A DNA stretch of 64,000 nucleotides, from NCBI RefSeq assembly GCF_002113885.1, contig NW_018480077.1, positions 1,277,930 to 1,341,929 of the forward strand, read 5' to 3'. A program made the translations under genes and the position numbers. Position 1 is the first letter of the stretch, and every line of letters starts with the position of its first letter. The notes below the pieces were generated by a model. That model was not told the origin of the DNA. It worked only from the letters and a program-made list of their open reading frames with translations, and did not search any database. Origin of the DNA: Mizuhopecten yessoensis (lineage: Eukaryota). Of the stretch, positions 10,527 through 24,745 are shown piece by piece.

Positions 10527-12180
10527 CACCTGACATCTGTTTATAGAGGACCTGCCATGGGGTACCTTTTAAAAGAGGACACTTGACATAGGATACCTGT
10601 TTATAGAGGTCACTTGACATAGTGTAACATTTTATAAGGGACATCAGACGTAGTGTACCTGTTTATAGAGGTCGCCTGACATGGTGTACCTGTTTATAGA
10701 GGTCACCTGATATGGTGTACCAGTTTATAGAGGTCACCTGACATGGTGTACCAATTTATAGAGGTCACCTGACATGGTGTACCAGTATTTAGAGGTAACC
10801 TGACATTGTGTACCAGTTTATAGAGGTCACCTGACATGGTGTACCAGTTTTTAGAGGTCATCTGACATGGTGTACCAGTTTATATAGGTCACCTGACATG
10901 GTGTACCTGTATTTAGAGGTAACCTGACATTGTGTACCAGTTTATAGAGGTCACCTGACATGGTGTACCAGTTTATAGAGGTCACCTGACATGGTGTACC
11001 AGTTTATAGAGGTCACCTGACATGGTGTACCAGTTTATAGAGGTCACCTGACATGGTGTACCAGTTTATAGAGGTCACCTGACATGGTGTACCAGTTTAT
11101 AGAGGTCACCTGACATGGTGTACCAGTTTATAGAGGTCACCTGACATGGTGTACCAGTTTATAGAGGTCACCTGACATGGTGTACCTGTATTTAGAGGTA
11201 ACCTGACATTGTGTACCAGTTTATAGAGGTCACCTGACATGGTGTACCAGTTTATAGAGGTCACCTGACATGGTGTACCAGTTTATAGAGGTCACCTGAC
11301 ATGGTGTACCAGTTTATAGAGGTCACCTGACATGGTGTACCAGTTTATAGAGGTCACCTGACATGGTGTACCAGTTTATAGAGGTCACCTGACATGGTGT
11401 ACCAGTTTATAGAGGTCACCTGACATGGTGTACCAGTTTATAGAGGTCACCTGACATGGTGTACCTGTATTTAGAGGAAACCTGACATTGTGTACCTGTA
11501 CATAGAGGTCATATGACACAGTGTACCTGTTTATAAAGGTCACCTGACATACGGTACCTGTTTATAGAGGTCACCTGACATAGGGTACCTGTTTATATAG
11601 AACATATGCATAGGGTACCTGTTTATAGAGGTCACATGACATGGTGTAGCTGTTTTTAGAGATCACCTGACATGGTGTACCAGTTTATAAAGGTCACCTG
11701 ACATGGTGTTCCTGTACATAGAGGTAACCTGACATGATGTACCTGTTTATATAGGTCATCTGACATATGGTACCTGTTTATATAGGTCATCTGACATATG
11801 GTACCTGTTTATAGAGGTCACCTAACATAGGGTACCTGTTTATAGATGTCATCTGACATGGGGAACCTGTTTATAGAGGTCACCTGACATGGGGTACCTG
11901 TTAATAGAGGTCACCTGACATGGGTGCCTGTTAATAGAGGTCACCTGACATAGGGTACCTGTTTATAGATGTCACCTGACATGGGGCACCTGTTTATAGA
12001 GGTCACCTTACATAATGTACCTGTTTATAGAGGTCACCTGACATGGGTTACCTGTTTATAGAGGACATCTGATATGGGTACTTGTTTATAGAGGTCACCT
12101 GACATTGAGTACCTGTTTATAGAGGATATCTGACATAGGATATACAAAACTCTTTATAGAGGACACATAACATTGGATAA
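10527..12180. repeat. 31-bp minisatellite, about 50 copies, with 279-bp higher-order periodicity
   Basis: Unit GTTTATAGAGGTCACCTGACATGGTGTACCA; homogeneous centre, diverged edges. A variant unit recurs at 10911, 11190 and 11469. Confidence 0.95.
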
Positions 12181-12341
12181 TTCTTTATAAAGAAAATCTG
12201 ACACTAGATTACAGGCATGTTGTATACTGTGGTCTTTGTACATTTATTCATGACACTTTATATTCATTTATGACCTTTTATTCATTTAGGACATATTGAT
12301 GTGTATTTTTGTATTTAACAGGTTTATAAAATCATTTAAAG

Positions 12342-15300
12342 ATGACCAGTCCTTTACCTGACCATGTGATCAAGCATAGTGCTGAACTGGGACTTGAAGT
12401 AAGTATTTTATTAATCCTTCCTACTTTTCATGTAGTTCTATAATACCAGGGAATTCGGTGAGGAAGTACGACTTTGTTTCTTTAATCCTAGATACTATCT
12501 ATACTACTCACATTTTGCTAAGGATCACTTTTGTTTTTGGGCATATGTGAAAAATAAATATTGTATTTGGTTTATACTGAGATTATTTTTGAAAAATTGA
12601 TTGTTCTTTTAAATCATCAGCATGCAAAAATTCCAAAAATCATAATTACAGTCGGAAAATGGGCCACAGGAAAAGGGTTACCCTTAAAATTGGTAACAAC
12701 GAGGTATTCACTAAAAAACTTAGATTGAACAAAACTCATCCTAAATAAACAGAAACTGAGGAAAAGGGTTACCCTTAAAATTGGTAACAACAAGGTTTTC
12801 ACTAAAAAACTTAAATTGAACAAAAAAAGTAAACAGAAACTGTTTTAGTATCGAGTGTGACATCCATGAGCATCAATTACAGCTCACAACGTCTGTTTTT
12901 GTGGGATAGCATTCCACTCAGCTACCAATGAACATTTCTGGCAGAGAGAGCTGTCTGCAGCATGTCTCACACATGCTCGATGGGATTTAGATCCAGCAAG
13001 CGGCCTGGCCAATCCATTCTTTGAATAGTCTCTTGCTGTAGATACTGCTCAGTCACCCTTGCTCTATATATATGTGGCCTAGCATTATCGTCCATAAGGA
13101 TGAAGTCAGGGCTGATAGTGCCAGCGTAGGGTCTGACATTGGCTTCAAGGATTCCATCGTAGTAAATCTGGGCCGTAACGGTACCATTATGGAAGACATG
13201 GAGGTCAGTTTCCAACGAAGGCTTATGCCTCCCCACACCATCACTGAACCTCCGCCATATCGGTCAAGCATGTTCCACAACGTTACCTGCCTGGAACCTC
13301 CCCCCAGGTTGTCTCCATACTCTAACGCGCCTGTCGGTGAAGTCAAGACAGAATCTGGACTCGTCAATAAAAAGGAGCGGTTCCCATTCCTGAAGAGCCA
13401 AAGTGCTGTGAGCTTGGGCCCAACCTAATCGGTCCCTAACATGGCGGGCAGTTAAGGGAAGTCGTATTGCTGGTCTACGTGACCTTAAACTAGGATCATG
13501 AAGACATTTCCTAACTGTCTGAGTGGCTACCCGGGTACCAGAAGCATTTAGGAGGTCATTTTGTAAAGCTGCGGCAGTCTGGAACCTGTGACACTGTGCC
13601 TGTATGAGCAAAAATCGGGTCTTGGCGCTGCGTTGTAGGCCTAGAACGACCTCCAGCATGATGTCTGGAAGGGTTTCTGTTAGGTTGGAAATGATTCCAC
13701 ATTCCTGCCTCCACACATTGAGACACCCAAGGTCTGCTGCAACCTGACGTTGACGTTGCTAACTTGCAGCATTTCGATGCCCCTATTCATTTCACAATCT
13801 TTAACCATTGTCTGGTTGTCTTTGTGCCATATTAAAATAAAAACATGCGAAGAATATTCATCAAATTGATTTCCTTAACAATTTGAACAACCCCTTACTT
13901 AGCCTAGCTTAGCTTTTGAAAGGGGTGAACATGTGGAAAAGTGTGCACACGCTTTTACGGTTGACTGAACACACCCACACAGGATGATTTGGAAGGCTAA
14001 CATATTCGCCAAAAACAGTATGGAAGGAAAATACAATATCCTTTCTAACATTTTAATTTTGTTTTTTCAAAATATAGGTGATCCCTAGCAAAATGTGAGT
14101 AGTATATATACTATAGCGCAGGTATTGATTCCTGTGTACTGCGTAACTAATAACATTATTTAATTTTTGTGTAACTGCATCTGGGATGTGCCATAGTAAC
14201 AAAGACTTAGAAATATTAAGTCATAAATTGATTCAAAAATATCTGTTAAACAATGTTAAAGCAACAGTATGTCTTTGACTTGTAGAAAAATTGGTCTGTT
14301 AAGAAGGACTTTGTGGATGCCTTTCTTAAACGCCACCTTCCTAAAGGGAGACTACTCAAAGGTGAAGATGAAGAGATTCAGACAAAGTATCTGATGCTGG
14401 ATAATACTGGAGTTAACAAAGTAACAGGAAAAAAACGACCAAGGAAAAAGAAAACTCTTTCTACAAGGGAGTGCAGAAATCTGAAAATATTCAAAGTGGA
14501 AAAAGAAGGTCAAACGTACGTATGATTAGCATGTATAAAAATGTTGTTATATTTAGATAAAGGATATTTTCATTTTTCAAAAATGTGACTTTTTAAAATC
14601 GTTTATTTTATGCATGCAGACAAGCAAAGTTCTAAACTACATGCATTGCTTTAAAATTGTGCTGGTTTAAATGGTTAGTTCAAAGATCTAAAATTGACCA
14701 TCTTCGTTATGTATAGGAAAGAATCTCTTGTATAAGCCTTTTCTGTTTATAGATAATTTTACAACTTCGTAGTTTTATATTTCTGACTTTAATAAGAAAA
14801 GGAATAATGAGGTTCCATTGTACAAAATTTTGAGTTATTCCAGGAAGTGGACTATATTTCAAACAAGTAACCAGCTTTGGTTGGCTGTTAGGCCTAGATT
14901 GTTAAATGGTGTTTGAATCCTATATTTGTTTGCCAATGTGCTGATAGGCATGGGCAATCAACTCCTGTTGTTTGGGGTATGTTGTACTTAGTGTATAAGT
15001 TGTATGTTCTCCACAGTGTCAAGTTTTGCTATTACCCTGTTTGTGATGAGGATGATTTTATCATGACAACGACCGTTAGTTCACAACATACCCTATGTAA
15101 TTTTTACATGTGAAGAGTAAAATAAACACAGTGTGAATATGAGACAGAGACAGACAGACAGACAGACATTCTTTATTTCCTCTAATAAGAGATTACAGAG
15201 ATAGATAGATCAGACCCTGCTTACCCACATTTTGAGTGTACAAATACAAAATACAGTGTAAATGTAATGGAGCCGCGGTGGCCAAGTGGTTAAGGCGTCT

Positions 15301-17900
15301 GACATTCTGCTACCACTAGCCCTCCACCACTGGGTCGAGGCCTACGTGGGGCAGTCGCCAGGTACTGGCCATAGGTCAGTGTTTTTTCTCCGGGAACTCC
15401 GACTTTCCTCCACCACCAAAACCTGGCATGTCCTTAAATGACCATAGCTGTTAATAAGACATAAAACACAAACAAACCAAACCAAACCGAAGTATATGTA
15501 ATAATAAAATTTAATGGGAGATTGTCTATGTTTGGGAAGCTGTTAGTGATAACATATTGATCAATTGCATTAATAAGTGTGAAATGTTTTTACAAAATGA
15601 AAGTAAATGACAGTTTAAGTGATATCTGTAGAGAGTAACTGAGTTGACACTACTAACAAAGGATACAAATTGTTTCAGTGCATCAGTTAAATGTTTTTCA
15701 CAATCTTAAATAAAACATCCCAAACCAAGGAACTTGTTAAAGTGTGCTTTATACATGCTTTTGACCAATGTGTGGACTGTCTTGAATTCGAGCAGTATGT
15801 AAAAATGACAACTCTGCCAATTTGCGACACATATATAAATACGGTCAGCAGGACTTCTCACTAATTTGAACATGACTGGATATAACCAGCATTTCAATAT
15901 ATTATGAATATATAAATTTTCATTTGATTCAGTTACCAAACTGATGAATCTTAATCAGAATAGAATGTCAGTATATATACTATCATTCAAATAAAACGAT
16001 TTACAAAAGTGATCAAGTGTGTGGGGGTAATGAGTGTAACTTTGCATACCATAGAGGTGGTCATAGTAGAAATTGAGTGTAAAAGTGTGTCACAGCCAGA
16101 TCCTTTGGTTGGTCATGCCTCAATCTTTCTAAATGTTGACATAGAATGTGCTTGTTATTCTACAGGGATGGAATACACATAACTTGTATCTCCTTTTCTA
16201 ATCTCTATTATACATATTTTCAAATTTCAAAAATGATGTATCAACAAATTTGTTTTTTGTGCTTTATTACAGTTACGATTCTTATCTACCTCTCAATCAC
16301 CTATGGTTAAAGTACATGGAAGAACTCACAAACTTCAACAGGTAAGTTGTGTAGTCTGCCTGTTGAACTTTAACCGTTTCACCCCTATGTAACTTTAGTA
16401 GACTCTACCATGCATTGATATGGATGAGTCCATTATGGTCTACAGTGGTGAAAGGGTTAAAGTTTTTGCTGTATCTTTGACAGGCAGAGTTTCACATATT
16501 GAATTTGGAACTTGTGTCTACTCTAAAAAGTTATGGCCTGTTGTTAATTTTGGAAACCAATTTAAAATGTCTGTTAGATAAAGGTATTAAGATAAAAGGA
16601 AATCAAGTATGTAAATATAAATATCTTCCAATGGTTTGAATGCTTTTCCAAATGAAGTAGATTCCAATAATTTCTTCTTCCAGAAACTTTTTGTTGTCGC
16701 TTTGAACACCTGTATTATTTACACCCATTATGAATATTTGTTCAGTGAAGCTTGATATTCACGTACATCCTCTAATTTTGAAGCAATACAACGTTTCTGT
16801 TCCAGTTTCACACCCAGTAAGATGTCAAATGTACAACAAAGGTTGCTGAAGGCCGACCTGCATGGTTCTATTCTGACAGTTCAAAAGTCAAAGTGCCCAA
16901 GCTATGTAGGAGTCACTGGGATTCTTCTACAGGAAACCAGGAATACATTTCTTCTAATCACCAAGGAAAACAAAGTCAAATGTAAGTCTGTACACTTATC
17001 CTTTTCACCACTGTAGACCATAATGGACTCATCCAGATCAATGCATGGTAAGAGTCTACTAAAGTTACATAGGGGTGAAAGGGTTAAGGTATGGGAAATT
17101 TCAAGATCTGCTATGACACATTAGAAGCAGCTATATAGTTAGCTCATTATTTCCATTAGTCAGTTGGTGCAGAAGTTCGAGCTCGCCACTGAGATTGTCA
17201 ATCAAACATGGAAAGATACACTGTTACGGGGTCACCTTAGCAACCACTCCAGGTACCCCATGCATACTTCCATCTGGGCCAAAAAGAATGATCAGTAGCT
17301 TATTACTTGTTTCATGATTGTTGCAAAATAGATGGAGAATTTAATTTAGCTTGATTACTTTGATTAATTGGAGAATTTCCCTGACGACTCCAGAATTACT
17401 GGGTATATTACAAATATTTTCGATCGATTTTGGTCTAGACAAATGCTTTGCTAAAATTATGTCTTACTAGATAAGGCAAACAAATAAATAATGACTTTTT
17501 TTTTTAAATTTTGGTATTAGTCATCCTATTTAATCACAAGCAATGGAAAATTTACATTTTTTGAATTATATAGTATGTAATTGATGAAATTGCAATTCCA
17601 CGGTAATTTAACATTCATATTTATTACCAATTCCAATATTCCATTTGTCTGGATGTTGCATCAAGTATTGAGTCCTTAAATGATTACCAATAAGACTTTT
17701 GTAACACTGTTTTCAATATTTATATATAAATTGACTAAGGACATTTATTGGTTTATTTTACAGATATTCCCAAACAACAGTCAGTGTTCACCTTCACGCT
17801 GGGGTCGTACCAGTTCACCATCTACGGCAATAACTTCCGTGTTCGGTCTAGTGAGAGAGCTGTTCGCAAATTCAAATCAAAAGCCACTGTTGATTTTTGA
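12342..17900 (+). CDS. POP4: Ribonuclease P/MRP protein subunit p29 (Rpp29), 222 aa
   Basis: join(12342..12398,14286..14515,16273..16341,16806..16981,17764..17900); GT-AG with phases 0,2,2,1. Motifs YLPLNHLWLKY, LLKADLHGS, SKCPSYVGVTGILLQETRNTF, IPKQQSVFTF, IYGNNFRVRSSERAVRKFK. In-frame stop upstream of the ATG; AATAAA just after the stop. Confidence 0.93.
12502..14104 (-). mobile_element. Full-length Tc1/mariner transposon with frameshifted DD34E transposase, in a POP4 intron
   Basis: 27-bp TIRs TACTACTCACATTTTGCTA(A/G)GGATCAC flanked by TA. Transposase pieces in three frames: FIDESRFCL, GGGSVMVWGGIS, LMDDNARPH, DLNPIEHV. Confidence 0.92.
15269..15489 (+). mobile_element. Full-length tRNA-derived SINE with V-like domain
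   Basis: A-box GGTGGCCAAGTGGTTAAGGC; core TTTTCTCCGGGAACTCCGACTTTCCTCCACCA; (AAACC)n tail; near-identical GTAAATGTAAT/GTATATGTAAT flanks as a possible TSD. Confidence 0.75.
16370..16460. mobile_element. ~85-bp piggyBac-like MITE, copy 1
   Basis: TTAA flanks, CC(C/G)TTTCACC...GGTGAAAGGG termini; homologous to 16996-17087 and 20022-20112. Confidence 0.8.
16996..17087. mobile_element. ~85-bp piggyBac-like MITE, copy 2 (inverted relative to copy 1)
   Basis: Near reverse complement of 16370-16460; TTAA at 17084-17087. Confidence 0.8.
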
Positions 17901-19240
17901 AATGAAATAAAATATCAAATGTTAATCCACATTTGTTATTCATTAAACTGATATTACTCAAAATTTTACTGTTTCATACCATGGATGATATGCGGCCACA
18001 CTTTCAGTTAAACCAGATTGGAACTCGACGCTCAACTGTAAAGAAAAGTCTTCAATTAAACATGAAATAATTTTGAATAAATTTATATCGACACAAAACT
18101 TTACTTCGAAACATCCCTCATAGAATAGAATATACAATGTTTATGTTAACTATCTCAAGCATATACATTCCAAAACTTCCTCATTTTAATATCAAGGATA
18201 CATCTATTTTTAAGTACTTTTCAAGCACTGACCAACTATGCTGGATGGAATCCAGGTTGTTACATACAGGAGAGTATATTTTGTAAACATACTTACTATC
18301 ATCATTAGGCTTCCTTTTTAACACATAAACGACAATTTCCAAGTTTCAAGCATCATGATTTAGAGTTAATCCTATATTAAACAGTTGCATGTATTATATT
18401 TTACATTTTCAAATTACCCTAAAAAAGTGATAAATATGACTACTGCAAAATGTTTCAGTATCCTTGTTGGTGACAATTTTACTTTTTCATTTCTTCGGAA
18501 AATTTATAATTCTTACACAAAATGTGCATGTACTTAATTACAAAACCAACAAGTTTGACATAAAAAACAGTAGATTTCAATAGTTGTCCCCGACTCATGG
18601 TATGACATTGACAACGGTGAGTGAAAGTGAATGGAGGCTCACATTGATATTTCCCCTACCCCTGCTTTGCCCCATCCTTGATACTCACTTACGTTCTCTT
18701 CACCCCTGGAATATGTCATAGTAGAATTAAAGGCATACACCTTGCTATAATTTGATTGGTCTAGGTAAAAACAACCTTGACCAATCACTAGGCTGATTAC
18801 AGAAGCAACACCCGACTTCAAAATCAGTAAATTTAACAATTACTCGACAACGATATTCTTTGATTTACATCAAGGGATAAAACTTGTCTTCTTGTCTCGT
18901 CTTCAAGGTGGCACACTCTGAGCTTTCAATTTTGCTATGACATATTCCACGGGTGCGGAGAGCGTAATCAACGGTAACCCCGAAGTATCCTGGATGGTTT
19001 TGCCCATGACCTTTCACCCTTGACTGATAATCATCCAAATTTAATCAGGTGTAGAATGTTACTATACTTTGGTGTAAATGTAAACTAAATTTGTTGAGGG
19101 GATCATGAGATATCTTGCTTTTAACTTCAACAGAGGTCCAGTGTGATCTTTTGCTGTGACTTATGATCCTTTTAACTTGGCTGATGACAAACAAATGTAA
19201 TCGGGTGTAGAACTCAATATTTCTATACTCTGGTGTAAAT

Positions 19241-19594
19241 ATAATAATAATAATAATTGGAGGTTCTTATATACTGCTTTATCACAACCTAGTTCATAGG
19301 TCGTCTCAAAGCGGTTAACAAATTATTATCCGTGGTTATAGGGCCTTTGCAACTAGTCAGTACATTTCTCAACTCCCTGGGGAGCATACAGCCAGAGCTG
19401 CCATTTCGGCGCCAACAGCTAGCATTCAACAATTCTAGCACTGTCCAACCACATACTCATTTACAGCCGAGTAGACTGGAATGCGCGGAGTAAAGTATCT
19501 TGCTCAAGGATACAACACATTGCCGTGCCATGGCGCGAACCCGCAACCCTTTGGTCAGAAGCCCGGCGTCCTACCACTGGACTACTGTGCCTCC
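19241..19594 (-). mobile_element. tRNA-derived SINE with CORE-like domain and L2/CR1-type tail
   Basis: Minus strand: A-box TAGTCCAGTGGTAGG, B-box-like GGTTCGCGCC, core TGTATCCTTGAGCAAGATACTTTA, tail CGCTTTGAGAC...ATATAAG followed by (ATT)n. Second copy at 41944-42157. Confidence 0.8.
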
Positions 19595-20021
19595 AATAAA
19601 GAGACTGAATCCACAGAATAATGATGGAAGAAAAGGTCAGAATCAGATACATTTTTATTGCTCTAAGTATATATAATTATAATGTAAAGTTTTTGTATAA
19701 AAATATAAATAAATCATGGATATATGTAATAATTTTTAATAATGTATTTATATATATATACCACTTTAACATTGATTCAACGTTTGAAACGTCACATAGA
19801 AACAATTATCGATTGTGCTACAAGAATCTTTTCATAATCCATACTTAACAACCTGAAGAAAATGTTTTGAAATATTGATTTAAAACTTTGGTTTTAGTAC
19901 ATAATTACTTTAAATGCCACAATATTTATACTTCTGTAAAAATCAAAAGTTTAAAGTTTGACAAGTCACTAGCTGTGAAAACATCAAACAAGCTCCTCTC
20001 TAACTCTGAGCCTTAAAGCAA

Positions 20022-20112
20022 TTAACCCTTTCACCACTTTAGACCATAATGGACTCATCCAGATCAATGCATGGTAGAGTCTGCTTAAGTTACATAGGGG
20101 TGAAAGGGTTAA
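20022..20112. mobile_element. ~85-bp piggyBac-like MITE, copy 3
   Basis: TTAACCCTTTCACC...GGTGAAAGGGTTAA; same interior as copy 2. Confidence 0.82.
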
Positions 20113-21811
20113 TGCCATTTTATCTCCTATTGAAAAATTTATATCCAGGTATAGGAATTGGAAAATGTGTAAATTTTATATTAACAAATAAATTAAAAAC
20201 TGACAGATCAGCAAATTAAAGGCCCCTTATAAAATCATACTGGCTAAGGTGAGGCCACAACAATCTGCTTGGATTATGAAATATGGGTAATTGGGCATTA
20301 CACATGTATGTAATCTGACATGTACCATTTACCACAAAGTATGAACAAAATCTCAAGAACAAGTCTCAGCCAATCAGTAATGATATATAGTGACATTGAC
20401 CAGCGGTCAACTTGGACTTTTGGGATCCTGGTTATACATGTATCATGTTATTCATGAAGGATATCACCATGTACCAGTTTACACTGACAGATCAGAAGAA
20501 ACAATACACCAAATTTTTGAGAGGATGTCTCGTGTTTTGTTATTTAAGTCATGGTGACTTTGTCCTTGACCTTAGGAACTTGTGAAAACCCTATTGCACA
20601 TCTAAATATAAGGATATACCACCAGGTGAAAAATCATGGTTTTTAGGCCTCTTACTTCTGACAAAATCTCCAGAAATTTGGCAAATAAAAGCAACAGTAC
20701 TACAATACAGAGGCAGTGTGGATTGTCGTTAAAAGGAGTTTTCAAATATTTCAAATATTGATATCTAGTGGGACATCTTTACAACATTTTTTTCCTGGGA
20801 CACTAGGACTTCTTGCTACATAACAAAGGACCTCTGTTTAGCATTCACTACATATTTATTGGATTAAACCACCAAAGGTTAGGCAATTTCCATCATTATT
20901 TTCACATATTTTTTTTTTACAATATTATTTGATTTTCTTCATATCAATTAAGTATTCAGTGAGGTGTGCTTGGAACTCGGAAAGATAAGTAACTCAGCCG
21001 TGACCCTGAATAAGATGGAGAACCACAACTAACCATCTACCGTATATAATTACATATAAATACTATCCTAAGTCTGGTGATTTTCTCGGTGTTCACTGCT
21101 GGGCTTAATTTTTAGCAAGTAGTACAGTAATTTCTGTCATGCTTTCTTTCGTTCTTTCTTTTCACTCATTTACATATACCCTTATATATGAACTGATGTA
21201 GATTCACACTTATGATACCTCGCAATACATGTACTACAATCACACTCATAATAATTACATAGTTATCAAAAATCTATTAGTTATTAAAATACACATTTGT
21301 CCAAACAAGTTATTTCCCCTTGTTTCTCTCCCTGACAAAAAGTAAGTTGACAGGATAAACTTTTTTTTTTGCAAAATAATTCTACAATGATGATATGCAG
21401 AGGCTGTTTTCTCAGACTTTAGCAGTGGTTATATTAATTGGTCAAAAATTATACAGCATAAAGGCACTAAAAATTAGGGTAGAGATCTTTTTCTGACAAA
21501 AGATGACACAAACTGACAACTTTGTTGTTCGAAATTGATAATGTACCTGGTACAATGAAACAAATTTATGACGAAAACATTTATACTCTTTGATTTGATA
21601 TCCATTACATCATGAATTTCTAAGTTAAGAGAATGTTTTCCCCTGGATATCCTCTCTATCAACCCAAAAGTTAAATGCCAATATATCATAAAAACAGTTT
21701 GATTTTCATTCACAACCCGAAAGTTAAATGCCAATATATCATAAAAACAGTTTGATTTTCATTCCAGGTAAATAAATTATGTTGAGATTGTTGTTTTTGG
21801 CTTTTTCCTGA

Positions 21812-24697
21812 TCAGGATGTCTTTTTCTCCTCAGCGTCTCTGGCCTTCTTACATTTGCTGACAATGCCATCAAAGTGAGTGAGATAGAACAAGGACACCA
21901 ATCGGAAAATACTTGCAGTCCCGATCTGAAAAAAATATTATCAATTTATACTGTTATTCAACATAGAAATTGCTACCAAAATCTTACACTAATGTAATCA
22001 AGTTAGGTTTCGTTGACAGCTTATAGGGTTATTTGGTTGAAATTCAATCTAAACCATTTATGGTTACAATGGATTTCATGTACATCACACTTTTTAATAT
22101 ATTTCAGTTCATTTAATAATCTTACCAAAACATCTAAAAAAACACAAAGTTGCTCATGTTATCAGATAAACAACTGTTTCAGTTAATATCACAATTTAGC
22201 TTAATATCATCTTTTCTCCTGATAAACATTACACAACATTAAGAGGAATCCATTTATCATGTCACATGAATGTGATCAGCATCTCCTTCCAGAGTCATTT
22301 AGAAAACTGAAAAATACCTTTCATGAATAGCAATTCTGTGTTGATTAAGTGAATGTGAAACCACAAGGTACACAGTAATATAAACCAGTAAATTAATTCT
22401 AAAATCGTTAAATGATACTTATTAATTAAATTATTAATTATAAAGGGCCATAACTCTAACTTAGCTGTTTCAGAAACGGTGTTCAGTTGAGATTATTTTC
22501 TAGGTGCTTGCTTACAATACTATTATATATATCCACTGAAAGAAAATTGATAAATTATGAATCATTTTTACATGTACATTGGTGGAACAATATTTGTCAA
22601 CAACCACCTCTGAAGATAATGTTGCCAATAAATACACACTTGTGATATTGCGTCCACCACTGACGTGACCGGTGACATCCCACAGGTCATACAAGCTAAC
22701 ATGAAGCCATCGCTCCCCACCCAGCTCTGAAAACGGCCGCTCTGAATAAAAGGAAACAGTTGATTTAGCTTTTTTTTCTTCACCTGGTACACGGAGATCT
22801 TTTTTGTATACTGAGTAACATTAGAAATAACACATCTCATTAAACAGCATTAAAAGAGACATGCTTGACTGTGCCCAAATTGGTTTGAAATAGCATATTT
22901 ATAATAATTATCATACATTTTATTATCATATCATGTATTTTACAATTGCAAATGAATCGGAAGAAAGATTTTTTTTAACAAGCAGATGGAAATACAAGAT
23001 GTATTAACATTGACATACACTTGTGTTTTACAATAGCAAAAATACTTTTTAAAAAGGTGTCTGAATTTAACTGACACATTTTGAAGCCGATAGGATTGGA
23101 ACCTCAAATTTTACACCATTTATATCTGTACAAACATGGAGAAACATCACTCACCAAGCTGTCCTCTATAATAGTTTTAGCTACCACATCTGGCTGGAAT
23201 ATTCCTGAAGTCTCCGATATCAAGACAGTTTCTTTGGGCTGTATGACACAGAACCAAAGATCATATTTACATTTTATCTTATTTTTACAATTATTTCCAG
23301 AGATATTTACTTTAATAGCACTCCTCAAGCATTCAGGGTGATAGTTTGTTAAATAAAATATGCAAGAAATTAAAATAATGGAAAAGCAGAGGTGTTGATA
23401 AGCATACAAATTTATTGCCTTGAATTTTAATGTATATGTCTTAATATGCTATTCAATATGATATTTCGACCCACATAATAATAAATAAGAAAAAATGTCT
23501 ATCCTAAATAATGTTTTATTACATAATATAGACATTTTTAATAAACTTGAGTCTCTGAAGTTTTACATATGTACCTTTCCCTCAAGTTCAGCTGCATACC
23601 CAGGAGTTTCAGTGTCAGGAGGAAAGGACAAGGTCACATAGATGTTGTAGGGTTTTACCTGTAAACAGAATCATTTATTACAGGTCATGTATTAAACTTA
23701 TAGTGTTTAACAGTCTTATTGTCTAACCGATCATTTACGAAAACTAAAACCAATGTGAACAAGCTAGACATATTTGCTGAAACAGTCTCATACTTGTCCT
23801 GTATTTACAGCAGATGCCATCCAAATTTATAAAAATCCTTTATATAATTTTTTTTTTTTTTTTACTAATGAATGGTATGGTTTTCTACATTCGTTTGTTT
23901 ATTTTTACTGCTCCTAGATAGAGAAGAATTTCCTTAATTTCCATTTTCCTGCATTAGTTGTCGAATGCTGACAAGCAAACTCACAAGATCAGGTTTTGAG
24001 AGACAGGTTGATGAAGACTCTTGGAAAGTTTAATGGCTGCATATTTTCTTAAGCAAAATCATTGTCAACTTAATTGATTTTACTAATTAGCATCTTTTGT
24101 TGTTTAGTTGTCACAAACCCAGGTCTTCATTATAAACATGTGACATTGCTAAGATTTGACCTAGATAAGCAGAAGAGACGCTTACCCTTCCAAATCGCTT
24201 GTTTTTATACTCCTTTTACTTTTCCATTGATATCTGAGTAAATCTTTCGTTTTGTGAATATTTTCCGTAGTTTTTTTTTTTCAGTTCTAATTATGACTTT
24301 GTTTAACCTTTCGTATTCCTTTTTTTAATTACAACTGTTTGCGATTTCCTTGGCTGCCTTGTTGAGTTTAATAATCTGAGGTATGAATTATAACAATAGG
24401 TTAATCACTCTCAAAACTTGAGAAACCACATTAAAATGAGACAGATAGCATAGAGTGTACAATGTACAGGTGATTAATTGATTTTTTTTGTGGTGAAGGA
24501 AATGATTGAGTACAGGTAAATGCAAAAAATATCTACTTGCAAATATCCATTAATTTAATTCTTTATTTATTTTACGAGGATTACAAACAGCCTGAAGGCT
24601 ACTAGATGCTCTCCTCAACATATATCAAACATACAATATGTACAGTTACACAAAAGACGTACAAAAGTCGCACACACTTGCGCTCACACATACAAAC

Positions 24698-24745
<48 letters not shown>

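Noticed and set aside
10527-12180. CRISPR-like array (31-bp repeats)
   Set aside because: Units are head-to-tail with no unique spacers, there are no cas genes, and the context is eukaryotic.
21661-21762. ~53-bp direct duplication just after the KDSR stop
   Set aside because: A simple local tandem duplication in the 3' UTR with no supportable function.
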